Source: Anthoceros angustus
Taxonomy: Eukaryota > Plantae > Anthocerotophyta
DNA: 64,000 nucleotides
Direction of reading: 5' to 3'
Assembly: GCA_010909165.1 (NCBI GenBank)
Contig: MU008162.1
Location: 248,001-312,000, forward strand
This document shows positions 49,301 through 60,950 of this stretch, in pieces. Under the pieces are notes generated by a model. The model was not told the DNA's origin. It did no database searches and worked only from the letters and a program-made list of their open reading frames with translations. The translations under genes and the position numbers were made by a program. Every line of letters starts with the position of its first letter. Positions within the stretch are counted from its first letter, which is position 1.

Positions 49301-50538
49301 TGCATATGATATAACCATGCTAATTAGATTAAGTTTTTTTTGAAGGATTTGATGTATATGGTTGATCAATAAAAATATAGAAGTAAATCAAAGTATAAGT
49401 TGGTGCATATGATAGAACCATGTCAATTAAAATAATATTTTTTGAAGGATCAGATATTATACGATTGAATAATAAAAATATATAAATAAATCAAATCATA
49501 TTTCTACAAAGTCTCTAACAAAACTGAGTTATATTTGTGTTGTATCTTGATAAGGTAAATATATTAATCATGATGTAGATATTTTTTTCAGTTTAATCAA
49601 TGTATATTCATATATAAATATAATATATAATGTAAATGGTTAGTTTTTTTAAAATAATTATGCAGTACAATTTAGTCCAAATTTTGGATAGTTGTTATGA
49701 CAACGACTGCACTTGTTATCACAATACTTTCATCCCGTCGCTGTCAGGTCCTATACTCCGATGTGCAACCGCTGGGTGTGGCCTTGCAGCGGGCAGGCCA
49801 GCAAGGTGCTAGTCAACCTGGAAGGGGAACAGAAAATGCCTGCCTGTTCTCGTGCTCCAGCATGGCAAGATGAGGCAGGTCGCTTGTTTTTGTCAAAATC
49901 ACTTCCACCATCGTCATCCCACCAGCCTGGGAGCCGATGGAGCTCCCTTGACGATGTTCAACAGCTCCACAGTGGCAGTAAATGCTGGCCATGGCAGCCA
50001 GCTACTTCACCTCCAGGACCAACTTCAAGGTGGGCAGTGAGAATTCCAGCAGCAGATCCTTGAGCCCTCATCTCGCTGTACATCTTGCTTGGAAGCCCTT
50101 GTCTGCAGGGATGTTATTTACATGCTGTTTCCATCTTGGTAGCATGGAAACAGCACTGCTGCCAGTGCTGCTGCCAATCGCGCTTGGCGGCTGGCCATTT
50201 CTACATCTGTGTTCGAGGTTCTATGGCGTACCGATTTTGTCACGACGGAGGTCGTTATGCTTTTTATTTTTTCTGATGGTGAGGTGGAGCACCAGCTTGG
50301 TGGATCGGGCGGGGCTCCGCCTGATCAGGTTTAGCGGCCGATCAAGGCCGATCGATCGCTGGGCAGATCGATCTCCGCAGCAATCAGACCATCGCGGGCA
50401 GGGCGGGCCTGATCGCAGGCCTCCTGGCCTCAAAGTGGCAGCCTGTGCCGCGATCAGGCCTGCCTTGGCCTCAAAGTGGGAGGCTGAGCTCTCGCTCTTT
50501 GTAGCTGGCCTCCAGCGCCTCCGAACTAGAACACTCAC

Positions 50539-51011
50539 CATTAAGACTGGATTACAAGTTTTCTCAGGCTGCAAGGCCTTTTCCCTGGGAGAAGAACTTA
50601 AATCGTGCGTTTGTCCAAGATTTTCTGCTGCAGCCTCCTGGGAGGCTGAAGGTCGTTGAGATGCCGGATGGTTGCTGAAAGAGTTGCACGGGAACTCCCT
50701 CACGTCTTCTGCAAACGGAACCTCATTGAAGTAAAATGTATCTTCCTGTCAAAATCCCATACATGCGTTCAATATGTAGCAAAACCGTCCAGCAACAGAC
50801 CATCTTGACTAAAACCAAACCTCAACAAAAAAAAGTGTTTCTGCTCTAGCGCAAAACTGTTTCACTTCCTCACAGGCTTGGAGAGGTACACTCGTCCATC
50901 CTTCATCCGAGCACTCACCATTGTGTCATCAGTTGCAGGATTAGGTTTGAGGACTCCAATGATAACATTTGCTTGTCTTTTTCTCCAGATACACCGAGCA
51001 ATGCCAACCAT
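50539..51011 (-). pseudogene. KU80: Two-exon internal fragment of Ku80 (exons 51011-50919 and 50745-50539)
   Basis: MVGIARCIWRKRQANVIIGVLKPN..DDTM|EDTFYFNEVPFAEDVREFPCNSFS..ENL..DL..EKALQPEKTCNPVL aligns with plant Ku80 VAIVRCVWR.GQGNVVVGVLTPN..FYFNVLPFAEDVREF. No other Ku80 exons were found nearby. Confidence 0.75.
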
Positions 51012-51370
51012 GGCACAGTGTTGAGGAGCGACTGTTGAACATACCCAAGCCCACCACCACGGCATCCAGAACTGACCTTATGTTAAGGAGTTTTGGTAGA
51101 GACAGCGGAAGATGGAAAAACTAGCAACCATGGAGGAAATGGATACAGTGATACAGCGGGCTGGGGCACCTCCCAAAGGCACTTGGTCGAGGACAGGGGC
51201 AATTTTCCTTCTTCACGCTAAGCAGTTTTAGTAGTGTTCATTTTATGGTCCGTCACCGAGAAGAGCGACTTCGAGTTTATTTTAACGACTATATATGTAT
51301 ATGGGATCCCAGAATCGTTTACGGCTTGCTGTTCACCGCCGCCGGAAAGCTGCCTGCCTGACCTTCCAAC

Positions 51371-52753
51371 ATGGGCAAGGCGAAGAAGACTCGGAAGTTC
51401 GCGGAGGTGAAGCGCATGATTACTCCCAAGGCTATAAAGAAGTACGTATGTGCGGTCTCCCTCACAATCGAGTTGTTGGTAGTTTTGGTGGTATTAACAG
51501 GATACGTGTTGCAGGTACAAAGAAGAAGTCCTCAATCCTGCAAAGAAGCCGTCTGAGAACGAAAAGCTTCCAAGGAATGTGTGAGTAGTTCATCACCTAA
51601 GCTTGTTGCTTGTAAAGGGATGTGAGATACTGCTAGTACTGTTTGCTCTGACCAGGTCCGATCACGCCGCTTACTCATGTCTGTGGTGTGTTGTCAGCCC
51701 TAATACTTCATCCGCCTTGTTTTTCAAGTACAACACTGCGTTAGGGCCACCTTATCAGGTTCTGGTGGACACTAACTTCATCAATTTCTCCATTCAGAAC
51801 AAGGTACGCTGGCTGCCTGACTTTTTTGCTGTGTCCGTGGGATTACCTTGGAAGCTTGCTTAGCAACTCTTGTTTGTTACTAAGTTGGCCCTGTGGTTTG
51901 CAGCTGGACTTGGAGAAGGCCATGATGGATTGTCTTTATGCAAAGTGTAAGGATTGAGTTTGATGGCTTTTGCAACATGTCTTCTGAGACAACTTTTAAG
52001 ACTCCGTTTGGGTATGATGGCTTCACACCCTGTGTGTGTTTGTTTACCTTCAGGCACTCCCTGTATCACAGACTGCGTCATGGCAGAACTGGAAAAGCTT
52101 GGTGAGAAGTATCGGGTGGCACTCAAGTAAGAGCATTCTTCCGTTTCAGACGTGCAGTAGGGTTCCGTCCCTCTCTGGACTGGTTGCTAATATTTCCCCC
52201 CTGCAGAATTGCGAAGAATCCAGGGTTCAACAGGTTGCCCTGTACTCACAAGGGAACCTATGCCGATGATTGCCTTGTCCAACGAGTCACTCAGGTGGGG
52301 AAAGGGATGCTACTTTTGATCTAAGCCAATTGCACCCGTTTTCTCCAGAAGTGTTCATGTTGTAACAAAAGCTTCTCCTTGCAGCACAAGTGCTACATTG
52401 TTGCAACATGTGATCGAGATCTGAAACGACGTATACGCAAGGTTTGAACTCACTCTCTTTCCAGTCCCGTGCAAGCTCTTCCATCTCTAATCAGCAGTTG
52501 GCTTTCGTATATATCCAGTGACACATACCTTGCTTTCTGTTCCATTCAGATCCCAGGTGTGCCCATCATGTACATCGCTCAGCACCGGTATTCCGTTGAA
52601 CGGCTACCAGAAGCGGCTATTGGAGGAGGTGAGTCCTATGTTAGCCATAAGGGATATTCGTTTTCGAGATCCATGTGCATATCTCAATTGTTTTTCATGG
52701 AATGTTCTCCTTATCAGGATGGTGTTGTGTGTCTTGCAGCTCCGAGAATGTAG
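51371..52753 (+). CDS. FCF1: rRNA-processing PIN nuclease FCF1/UTP24, about 9 exons
   Basis: [80 protein letters not shown]|IPGVPIMYI. Confidence 0.95.
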
Positions 52754-53402
52754 CGGTGCCAAGATCGCATTTCTTACTTCTGTCTTTCTGCACGGGCTGT
52801 TAAAAATACTCTCTGCCTGTGGGTATGACTTGGTCACATCTCCTTATTTCTTCGGTGGAGAAACCCTCATTCCAAGTTCTTCTTCGCTGTGCTGTCTTAT
52901 CTTTTACCTCGTGTGTCTGTCGCAGATGAGCAAGTTGCTGGAATATGGGAGTCATATATATAAATGTGTTATTTATATTTGGAGGTTGAAGAAGATTATT
53001 TTTGTCGCGATACAGATTTTTTCTGTTTCATTAATTTGGGCAGGATGGTTGGGTTCGTTGTTTCGATCGCCTGCTATGGTCGATGAACAATGAAATATTC
53101 TGAAATGGAGCTGACGGCGATGTGAGATTCATTTTGATGAGTAGGCAGAATCTATCCACTTCACACTAGCAGATTTGGCTGGAAAAAATATCTTCGATTG
53201 TCTATGAACCAGCTGTGACTGTAGCATAGATAAAGTGTTGAACGCTTCAGCGGTTTTACACAATGTAACAATGTACTGCACCATATCTTACCTCAATCAA
53301 ACTGAACGTAAACTAGAGATTCACAAACATCTGTATAATGGTCTAGCCAGCTCTTCGCGTATGGTCGATCACTCTGGAGTATCGTCAAGTCAAGATGTCA
53401 GC

Positions 53403-55448
53403 CTAAGCGGGTGTAAGAACTGGGTCGGTTGCCTTTTCCGTGTAGAAGTTCTTGCCATCCGTCTTCAGGAGGTACCGTTGTCCATTGACGACAGCATACA
53501 TGGTACCTGCAGCCATAACCCGATAACTCCAATTAGCCTTTGAGGGGCATCGTGGATTTTGAAGGATTGGATGTGAAGAATCGTACCAGGAGCTATGTAA
53601 TCCACAAGGTGGTCGGGTGTCCAGCTACCGCTACCGCAGGGGCAAGCAGCGTGAATCTGAATGCCAGTCACAACGGCATAGTCGGCCTTCTTCGGGTCAA
53701 CCACTTTGGAGATCAAATCGTCGATATCCTCCCTAATGACCTGCAAAGCCGATACCAATTGAACGTCTGGAAGCAGATCTTAACAGGGAAGTTTGCTAAG
53801 CAAGTAGAGGGCATCACCTGTTCAGCGGCCTTTGTCACATCAATAAGGCTCACTTTGGTCTTGTTCTTTGCAGCGCTCTGCGGATACTGCGGGTTAAGTA
53901 GTGAGCGAATGTTTGGCCATGATTTTACTGTAGATACACTGGCAAGAATGAGCACTAACTGACCCAGTTCAGCAGCTTGGCCTTGAGCAGGCCGAACTCC
54001 ATGTCGTCGAGGGGCAGAGGTCCTGAGTGCGGAGAGGCACCCCGTTCAATCTCGCCCTTGACTGCGAGGAGAGCTGCACAGGCAGTGGAAGGCTTGGCCT
54101 GGCCCTCTCTCTTGACAAGGCCCTCGTTACCTGTAAGAAGGCATGGGATGTCAGTGCGGTGCAGAAGGGAAGGGATAACTTACTCACTGAAAGGCAGGCA
54201 GTAGCCTAGCACAAAGTAAAGAGTAAGATCAGAGCACTGCTTACCTTGCTCATCAACACCAATGTGAGGGAAGGCGAAAAACACATCTGCACAGCAAGAG
54301 AACAGATCAATGTAAGCGACAATAACTGAAAGTAGAAGGTCCAGCCTTGACTGCTTCAAAAGTAGGCAACGTATGACAGGAAGCTCACACTTCTCTCTGT
54401 CCTGCTTGGCATCTGGCGCGTGGCCAATGCCAGCCTTGAACCCAACTTTCCCACACACGATAGCACCACCAAGACCAGCGATGTTGAAGGTGTCACCGTA
54501 GATCTGAGACAAACAGTCCATGTTCAACCAAAGGAGCAGGACAGCAACGAAGTACGAAACGAGTAACCCAGCTCCCAGATATACCCACCTCTTCCACAAG
54601 GCCGATCAGTGGTCTTGTGATCTCATCTCTGCAAGTACTAACCAACGCAATGGTGTTCTCCCTGCCTCAACAAACAATGCTGGACATGAGGAACTAGCTA
54701 CGGCAACCCCAATCCAGAGACATTGCCTAGCAATCCGACAACAGAGACAGCCACAGCGTGCAGGCCCCATACTTGGTGAAGCCAAGGCCAGCCAGAGCTG
54801 AGCCCACGCTCTTCACGAACTTGTTGTCCACAACAGCCACAGAGAAGTCGGTGGAGATCTTCTTCAACGTCGCAGGAGCGAGTTCCCGGCGGGGCTTCTG
54901 CAGCTTGGAGAGGGGAGCCGGCGGGGCAGCCGGGGCAACGGGGGCCGGGGCAGCACCACCCCGGGTCTTCAGAGCAGCGAAGATCCCCACAGCCGCCAAG
55001 GCCGCCGCCACGTACAGGAAGACAGGCGACTTCCCAGAGCCCTCTACGGGCGCAGAGGGAGGAGGAGCTTCCACGGAAGTGGAAGCGGAAGCGAAGGGCA
55101 TGGTCTCCCGGACTGCAGAACACAGCGCCACCAACCAGGCCACCCCGTTCGATCAGACACGCAAACCCACCACCCAACGATTTCCGACAGTCAATATGCA
55201 GGCAGAGAGAAACAGGGCGGGGCAGCAGAGGCACCAGAGGCAGCATAGCTCTGCTGCGGCTGCGCCTCCAGCTTCAGCTCCTCCCCAACGGACTGCGAGT
55301 TCGCAGACGCGGAGGCTGACACTACATGGAGCCTGCGGGAGCCTGAGAGACGCAGAGGATCAACCCCGCGGGCAGGGAGGGCAGGCGAGAACCTGCGGAC
55401 GTCGGCGGAGAGAGCAAGGCCCGACATGCTGCACATTCCGGCTGCCAT
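53403..55448 (-). CDS. LCIB: Limiting-CO2-inducible B/C family (theta/beta-type carbonic anhydrase fold) protein with transit peptide and N-terminal hydrophobic helix, about 9 exons
   Basis: Spliced: GLGFTK|ENTIALVSTCRDEITRPL, TFNIAGLGG..CGKVGFKAGIGHAP, EKYVFFAFPHIGV, PSTACAALL, SLIDVTKAA, EDIDDLISKVVDP.KADYAVVTGIQIH, VDYIAPG|TMYAVVNG. Colinear with Chlamydomonas LCIB. Confidence 0.92.
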
Positions 55449-56499
55449 AGCTGCTTTCCTGGATACGCAGCTGGCCAGCTCCCCTCATCAAGCAGGGGAA
55501 CGTTCATAAACTGGTGAGAAGAGCCCCCAAGCTGTGGTCCCTTGAAGCCTGGTGACAAGTTGCTTGCCGCAGCCAGGCCTCATCAGCACAGCTCCTCCCT
55601 GCACCACCCACTTCAGATGATGCTCGTATTCTACCCGGTCGGGATTTCCCAGCCACTAATCCGGCCTGTAATCCGTTTCACTATCCGTGTCAACATCGGG
55701 CTGGAATCTGCCTTATTCCTGCCCGAGCCACAACCACCCCAGACCCCGCGCCCGCGGATAGACCCAGCCTCGTGGCCACCAACCACCTGTCCCGTACCCC
55801 TCCCGCCTTCCACCCACTTGCTCCTGCCTACTTGCGTCGGAAACTGCAGGCTGTCCCGCCCTGCCCCTCCCGTTTTGCTTGGCTGCTGTTTCCGCTCTCT
55901 GCTCCGCCTGCAGCTGCTGGGTTCTCTAGTCCTGGACGCGAATCCGTGGCCACGAGAAGCAGTCGCCATCCTTCATGCTTCCTGCTGGCGCTGGTTTGCG
56001 CTTCCCTCTTCCTGGTTGGCGGAGTGGTAGTTCGGTGTGGCGCTTCCATCAGTTTCTATCTCCTTTGAGACTGTAGAGCACAGTAGTAACTAAAATTGCA
56101 TATGCTCCTCCCTGCAGGAGGCAGACTGTTATCCTCCTACAGGTGCGACAGTTCCTTCTTGGGTAGCACTGAGCGGATAACCTAAAGGCTTCCTGGCCCG
56201 TGCACGCCCTGCTTGAGATACCTATCCAATTTTCCTTTTCACCAGTCCGTCCAACATTCTCGGAGCATCCTCTTTGGCTGCCATACTTTGTGCATGCGTC
56301 TTCTTTTACTCTGAAAGCTGTTACGACATCAGCCTCATGAAAGGTGAGAGTTCTTCCTTGTTATTGTATCTCCAAGTGAAGCTGCTTCCCCTCCTCCAAA
56401 GCCAGGGTACCCACACCTCCTCTGCAAACCCGGGTACCCACACCTGCATTTGCTTGGAGGTGATACGCAAACGTCTCACATTTCGGTGCCTGCGTGGGG

Positions 56500-56680
56500 T
56501 CATCCAGGAGCATCCGGTGAGCCTCAGGTGCTGAATCATGCACCTCTAGGCATCCAGGAGCATCCGGTAAGCTCCAATTGCTGAATTACGCAGCTCTAGG
56601 CACAAAAACCCATCTTCGAGAAACATCCGGTGACCTCCAAGTGCTGAATCATGCAGCTCCAGGCACAAAAACCCATCTCT
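56500..56680. repeat. Imperfect tandem repeat (CATCCGGT.A.C..CA..TGCTGAAT.A.GCA.CTC.AGGCA), 3 copies
   Basis: Directly visible, period about 48-70 bp. Confidence 0.75.
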
Positions 56681-58399
56681 ATCTCCAGAGTGTTCGGCCA
56701 CTTGCAGGCTGCCCATCCGCCAACGCTGGCTTGCAGAGATTGCTTATCCTGTGGAGGCAACGATGCTGCACTCTCGTTGAAAGAAATTCAGCCCTCCGGC
56801 AGCCTGCTCATGGGCAGAAGCAAACCATAGGCCTAATCCATTGAGACCCCGAAACCCACCACCCCCCTTGCGCCGGCTGGGCGCACTTGATACAGGCTCT
56901 ATCAGTGTGCATTCCCGCTTCCGCCATGTCAACAGCAAATGCGCGAGTATGGTATGTCATCGTCTGATCTCCAGGCCACTTTCTCGGAATGTTTTCAAGG
57001 AGATGAGTCTAGATGTCATCACCACCGCCCTGGTACAGGCCCGTAAGCCAGCTATGTAGTGTTAAACATGTGTGAACACTGGTACCCGGACGATGCCAAG
57101 GACTGGAGAACTATTCTTTCCTCCCGCTTTCAACGGGATTATCTGATTAATGATCTCGGGAGGACATTGTGACGACATTGTTTTGCATGTGACAGATGTA
57201 ATCCGTATGAGGTCTTGTACAAGAGTTTGCATACTTCTGTGTTTTCACCAATTTTATATAGCCCTAAGGTTGTTTAGATAGATTAATTCTCAAAAAATAT
57301 CATTCAAGATTGTTGTTTGCGCATCTATTTGATGTACATGGATGTTGTTGAAGGCAGATAGAGCAAGCATGACCCGCAAGGAAATAAGCTTCACTACGGG
57401 CTGAGGGTGCTTTCCTTTTCGATAATCCAAGTGATGGTTTTGGGTGAAACTCCTTACAACAAGTCGGGCTTTTTACTTTAAAAGGCTTTCAACAAAATTG
57501 CATTTTTTTTCTTCGGTATCCATTTGCTGCTGCTATTAAGCATCTTATGCAGCCCATTTTGCTCTAGAGGTGCAGCTGTTAGAAGTAAGTCTTCAAAGCT
57601 TGTGTAGCTATACGTGTTTCTACTACTTCTCCTTTGGATAGCTAATCTTATAGCTAATCTACATATTTTTAATAAGATAATAAAATTAATAAATTTTATT
57701 TAAAAACCTTTGTAAGGAACTGCTCAAAGTTCTCAAATTAGATCTTTCAAAAACAACTAGAACCTTACCGTCTTCTAGAAATAGGCATGAGATTTTTCTA
57801 AATGAAAGTAAGAAAAACAAACACCATAATTTAAACTATGATCAAGAATATGAAATATCAATGCATAAAGGGCAGCTTACCCTTATAAATGTAACAAATA
57901 TCATTTTATCTCTCTTGAAAGAAGATAGATTCAATTCAATTTAAACCGGCATGGGTTAAAAGCATCTATTGGAATCTATTGGAATCTGGCATGGGTTAAA
58001 AGCATCTATTGAAATCTTCGAGGTAGAGATCATATTTTGAGGTATTTTTTATTGTTTTTATATGCATGCATTGATACGTATCATCAAAGACTCGTTTTGA
58101 GTATATTCGTCATTTTTGGGATAATTGGTGATGTTAACTCAACAATCACATTTAACAAAAACTGAGATCAAGTCTCAATCTTATCAAACAGAAGTCTAAT
58201 TGTTTTTTTTTTTTTGTTAGAAACATGCTTTATTGTTTGGAACAGGCGTTCTCTATTAGAAGTTTCTCATTAAATATTTTTTTTGTTATAAATATCTTTC
58301 TTTATTAGTAAACAACCCCACCGCTTTGCAATGAACATGTGTTGAGCCGGCATTTTGATAGATATATGTATAGAAAACTTTATGGTGCAGACGGTTTGC

Positions 58400-58760
58400 A
58401 GCTTTCAGCCTTCTGCGATGGAGATTGGGCCAGTGACCTAGACACGAGAAGAAGAGTAGCAGCATATTGCTGCTTCATTTGAGGATCTATGGTGTCGCAA
58501 CATTTTTTCTTTCTAGCACAGAGGCTGAGTATGGATCCATGTCTTAAGCAGCACATGAGGTATTATGGATTCGAACCTTACTCAAGGGTCTTGGCCAACT
58601 TGTAAGGTGCCACTTACGTGTGGTGTGACAACCACTTAGCGATTGCAATATCTCGTAATATTGTTTATGACAAGTGGTTGAACAAAAGGAGGTAGAGGTA
58701 ATGTATATCTCTAGAGGTGAGAACATTGCAGACCTTCTGGCAAAACTCTAGTTAGGCATA
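58400..58760 (+). mobile_element. Degenerate Ty1/Copia RNase H fragment
   Basis: FCDGDWASDLDTRR, STEAEY, CDNHLAIAISRN with stops and frameshifts. Confidence 0.75.
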
Positions 58761-60169
58761 TGCATGAGAGGCATACTTGGGCTGCAAACATTCAACAGAT
58801 TCCTGTAGTAGCAAAGACATAAACAACTCACTAATCTATGTCTCTCTCTAAGTTTTGTGCAACGTACTATGGGAGAAATTTCTACGTATCAAAGGTGCAA
58901 TGGTCTTCTCTCTTGCTTTTTCTCCATGCTTTATCTTTTCCTTGAAGGCTACACGGACCACCAGAGAGTTAGAGCTCATTAAGAAGGGAGGAATAGAAGC
59001 TGCAGAATATGACTAAGTGAATGTTACTTGAATTGTTGAGGCTGTCAAGGGTGCCTCAAGTTTCTTCATTCCTTCTGAAGTGCTACCAACTTTCTCCGTT
59101 TTGTCCTCTTTCACACCTTACACATGGTTCGGCTGTTGTTTGTCTTTCTCCTTGGAAAATTTGCACTTTACTTTCCGCTCTCCTCTTCTCATTATTTGTG
59201 ACGTATTGGGTGTGAAAGGTTCACTAGAAGTCCTTCTGGTAGCTGTCAAGTCGTTCAAGTCCATGGGCAGGGGAATCCTTATGATCTTCTCAATAATCTC
59301 TGTAGGAGTGATGTAGGGCCTTCGAGATTCTCTGGGAGCAAGCATAAAGTAATACTCAAAGACAGGGGCAGAATGCACTATGCCGACCTGATCTCCGGGC
59401 GCTCCACACTGCGTCAGAGTTGCTCCATAAGCAAGTACCCAGCACAAATTAGCCTCTCTTGGTGGATACGACACCACACTCTCGCGTAACTTATCTATGA
59501 GTTCTGTCCACTCCGTCGGCAATGATTCCAGCCATAATTAGCTCCACGGATTCAGACCGAATTTGATATTATTTGTGATAGTGCAAAAGGTGGCCAAGGA
59601 GATAGTCTAGAAGGTTTTGTCTTCATTCGCCGGGACTGGGTATTTAACGGGCGCCTTTTATTTTTTGTTCGTCTACTTCTTAGAATAGTATATGCTTGAA
59701 TCTCTAACAAGGAAAGGACTAAACATATTTATATTCCTTATATCAAATAATTAATAATATCGAATAATGTTACTATCTAGTATATGAACATCAAGGAAGA
59801 CGATCTTACAAAGCTCTAGCATGGGGTGCTGGAATTGATATTGCGGGGAGTATGGGGTGGAGGTGGTCGCAATGAGGATTTAGGGTTTTTGGTGCGGCGG
59901 CTGTGGTGGGTGGTAATGGAGGAGGTTGCAATTATTTTTATTTTTGTTGATTTTTTGAGGTTATGGCTTCCATTATCGCTAAGCGTAAAACAACTAAATA
60001 GTAGACAATAGGGTATCAATATTGGAGACTAGATTACGTAATATTGAGAACAAATATGAAGACAACAGGGTATCTGTATTGGAGACTAGAGTATGTAATA
60101 TTGAGGTGGAGAATATTTCCTTAAGGAGAAAATATTAGTCTCTTTTGGTTAAGCACCAATCTTTGGCAT

Positions 60170-60950
60170 GGGACTCGGAGGACGAGGGGGATGAGGAGGG
60201 CTAGGACGACGAGGAAGATGAGTTCAATTCCGTAATGGATGATCTTATCGATAAGAGATTTAATAGTCAGGATGTTATCATTAGAAAATTGCAACAGGAT
60301 CTTGAATCGGCAAGCTCATGGGCTAAAGATTTTGAGGCGTCTTTCCAGGTCAAGTTTAATTCATTGCTTTTACAAGTCAATGCCTTGCAAATCTCTATTC
60401 CTTGTGTGGGTTGCTTGTCGAAGACATATCCGGTACCTAGTTTAGAAGGTGAGAATTTCTGGTCTTAGTAATGACATTGTTGCACCACTTGTGGCTGCAA
60501 AGGAGTTTCTCAACAGGCTAGAGGTCGATGTGGTCGTTCCTCGAACCTTCTGGCTTGGAAAGGATTCTAGTAGGGAACACATATTGATTATGACTTTTCA
60601 CTCTATAGATGATCGCCTCCAGGTTATGAAGGCTAGGTCTATGTTACGGACAGCTCACTTATATATCAATGAGGATCTTACACCATTGCAATGGAAGACT
60701 AAGAAGGAGAAGTTACTCGCTTTCAGAACTATTCATGCTGCAGGTCAAGTGGCTTTCTTTCGTGGGGATGAATTGGTGGTGTTTAGCTCTCGTTCATGCA
60801 TTTTCATTGACATTGATGATTGATTGAAGACTATTTGTCTTGTTTGAATTTTACCTTTACATTCGTCCAGACCATTTTACCACAATCTATGTCGTTGCCA
60901 TATTTCAGTCCAATGATGGAAATCTGTCCTTAATGGACTTAAATAAAATT
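60170..60950 (+). mobile_element. Second ORF1-only LINE derivative (coiled coil + RRM-CTD-like ORF1, hairpin 3' end)
   Basis: High DNA similarity to 30620-31086; acidic/coiled-coil N-terminal part; YINEDLTPLQ; terminus AGTCC..GGACTTAAATAAAAT. Confidence 0.7.

Noticed and set aside
48000-49700. Several 70-100 bp local duplications in AT-rich DNA (48900/49025, 49300/49395)
   Set aside because: Ordinary intergenic slippage duplications; no TIR, TSD or coding signal.
49940-49949. GAGCTCCCTT resembling a miR159/319 star arm
   Set aside because: Only 10 nt match; no mature arm or fold-back partner was found.
55643-55649. GANTTNC (algal low-CO2 enhancer consensus) upstream of LCIB
   Set aside because: A motif with 5 fixed bases occurs by chance about once per kb.
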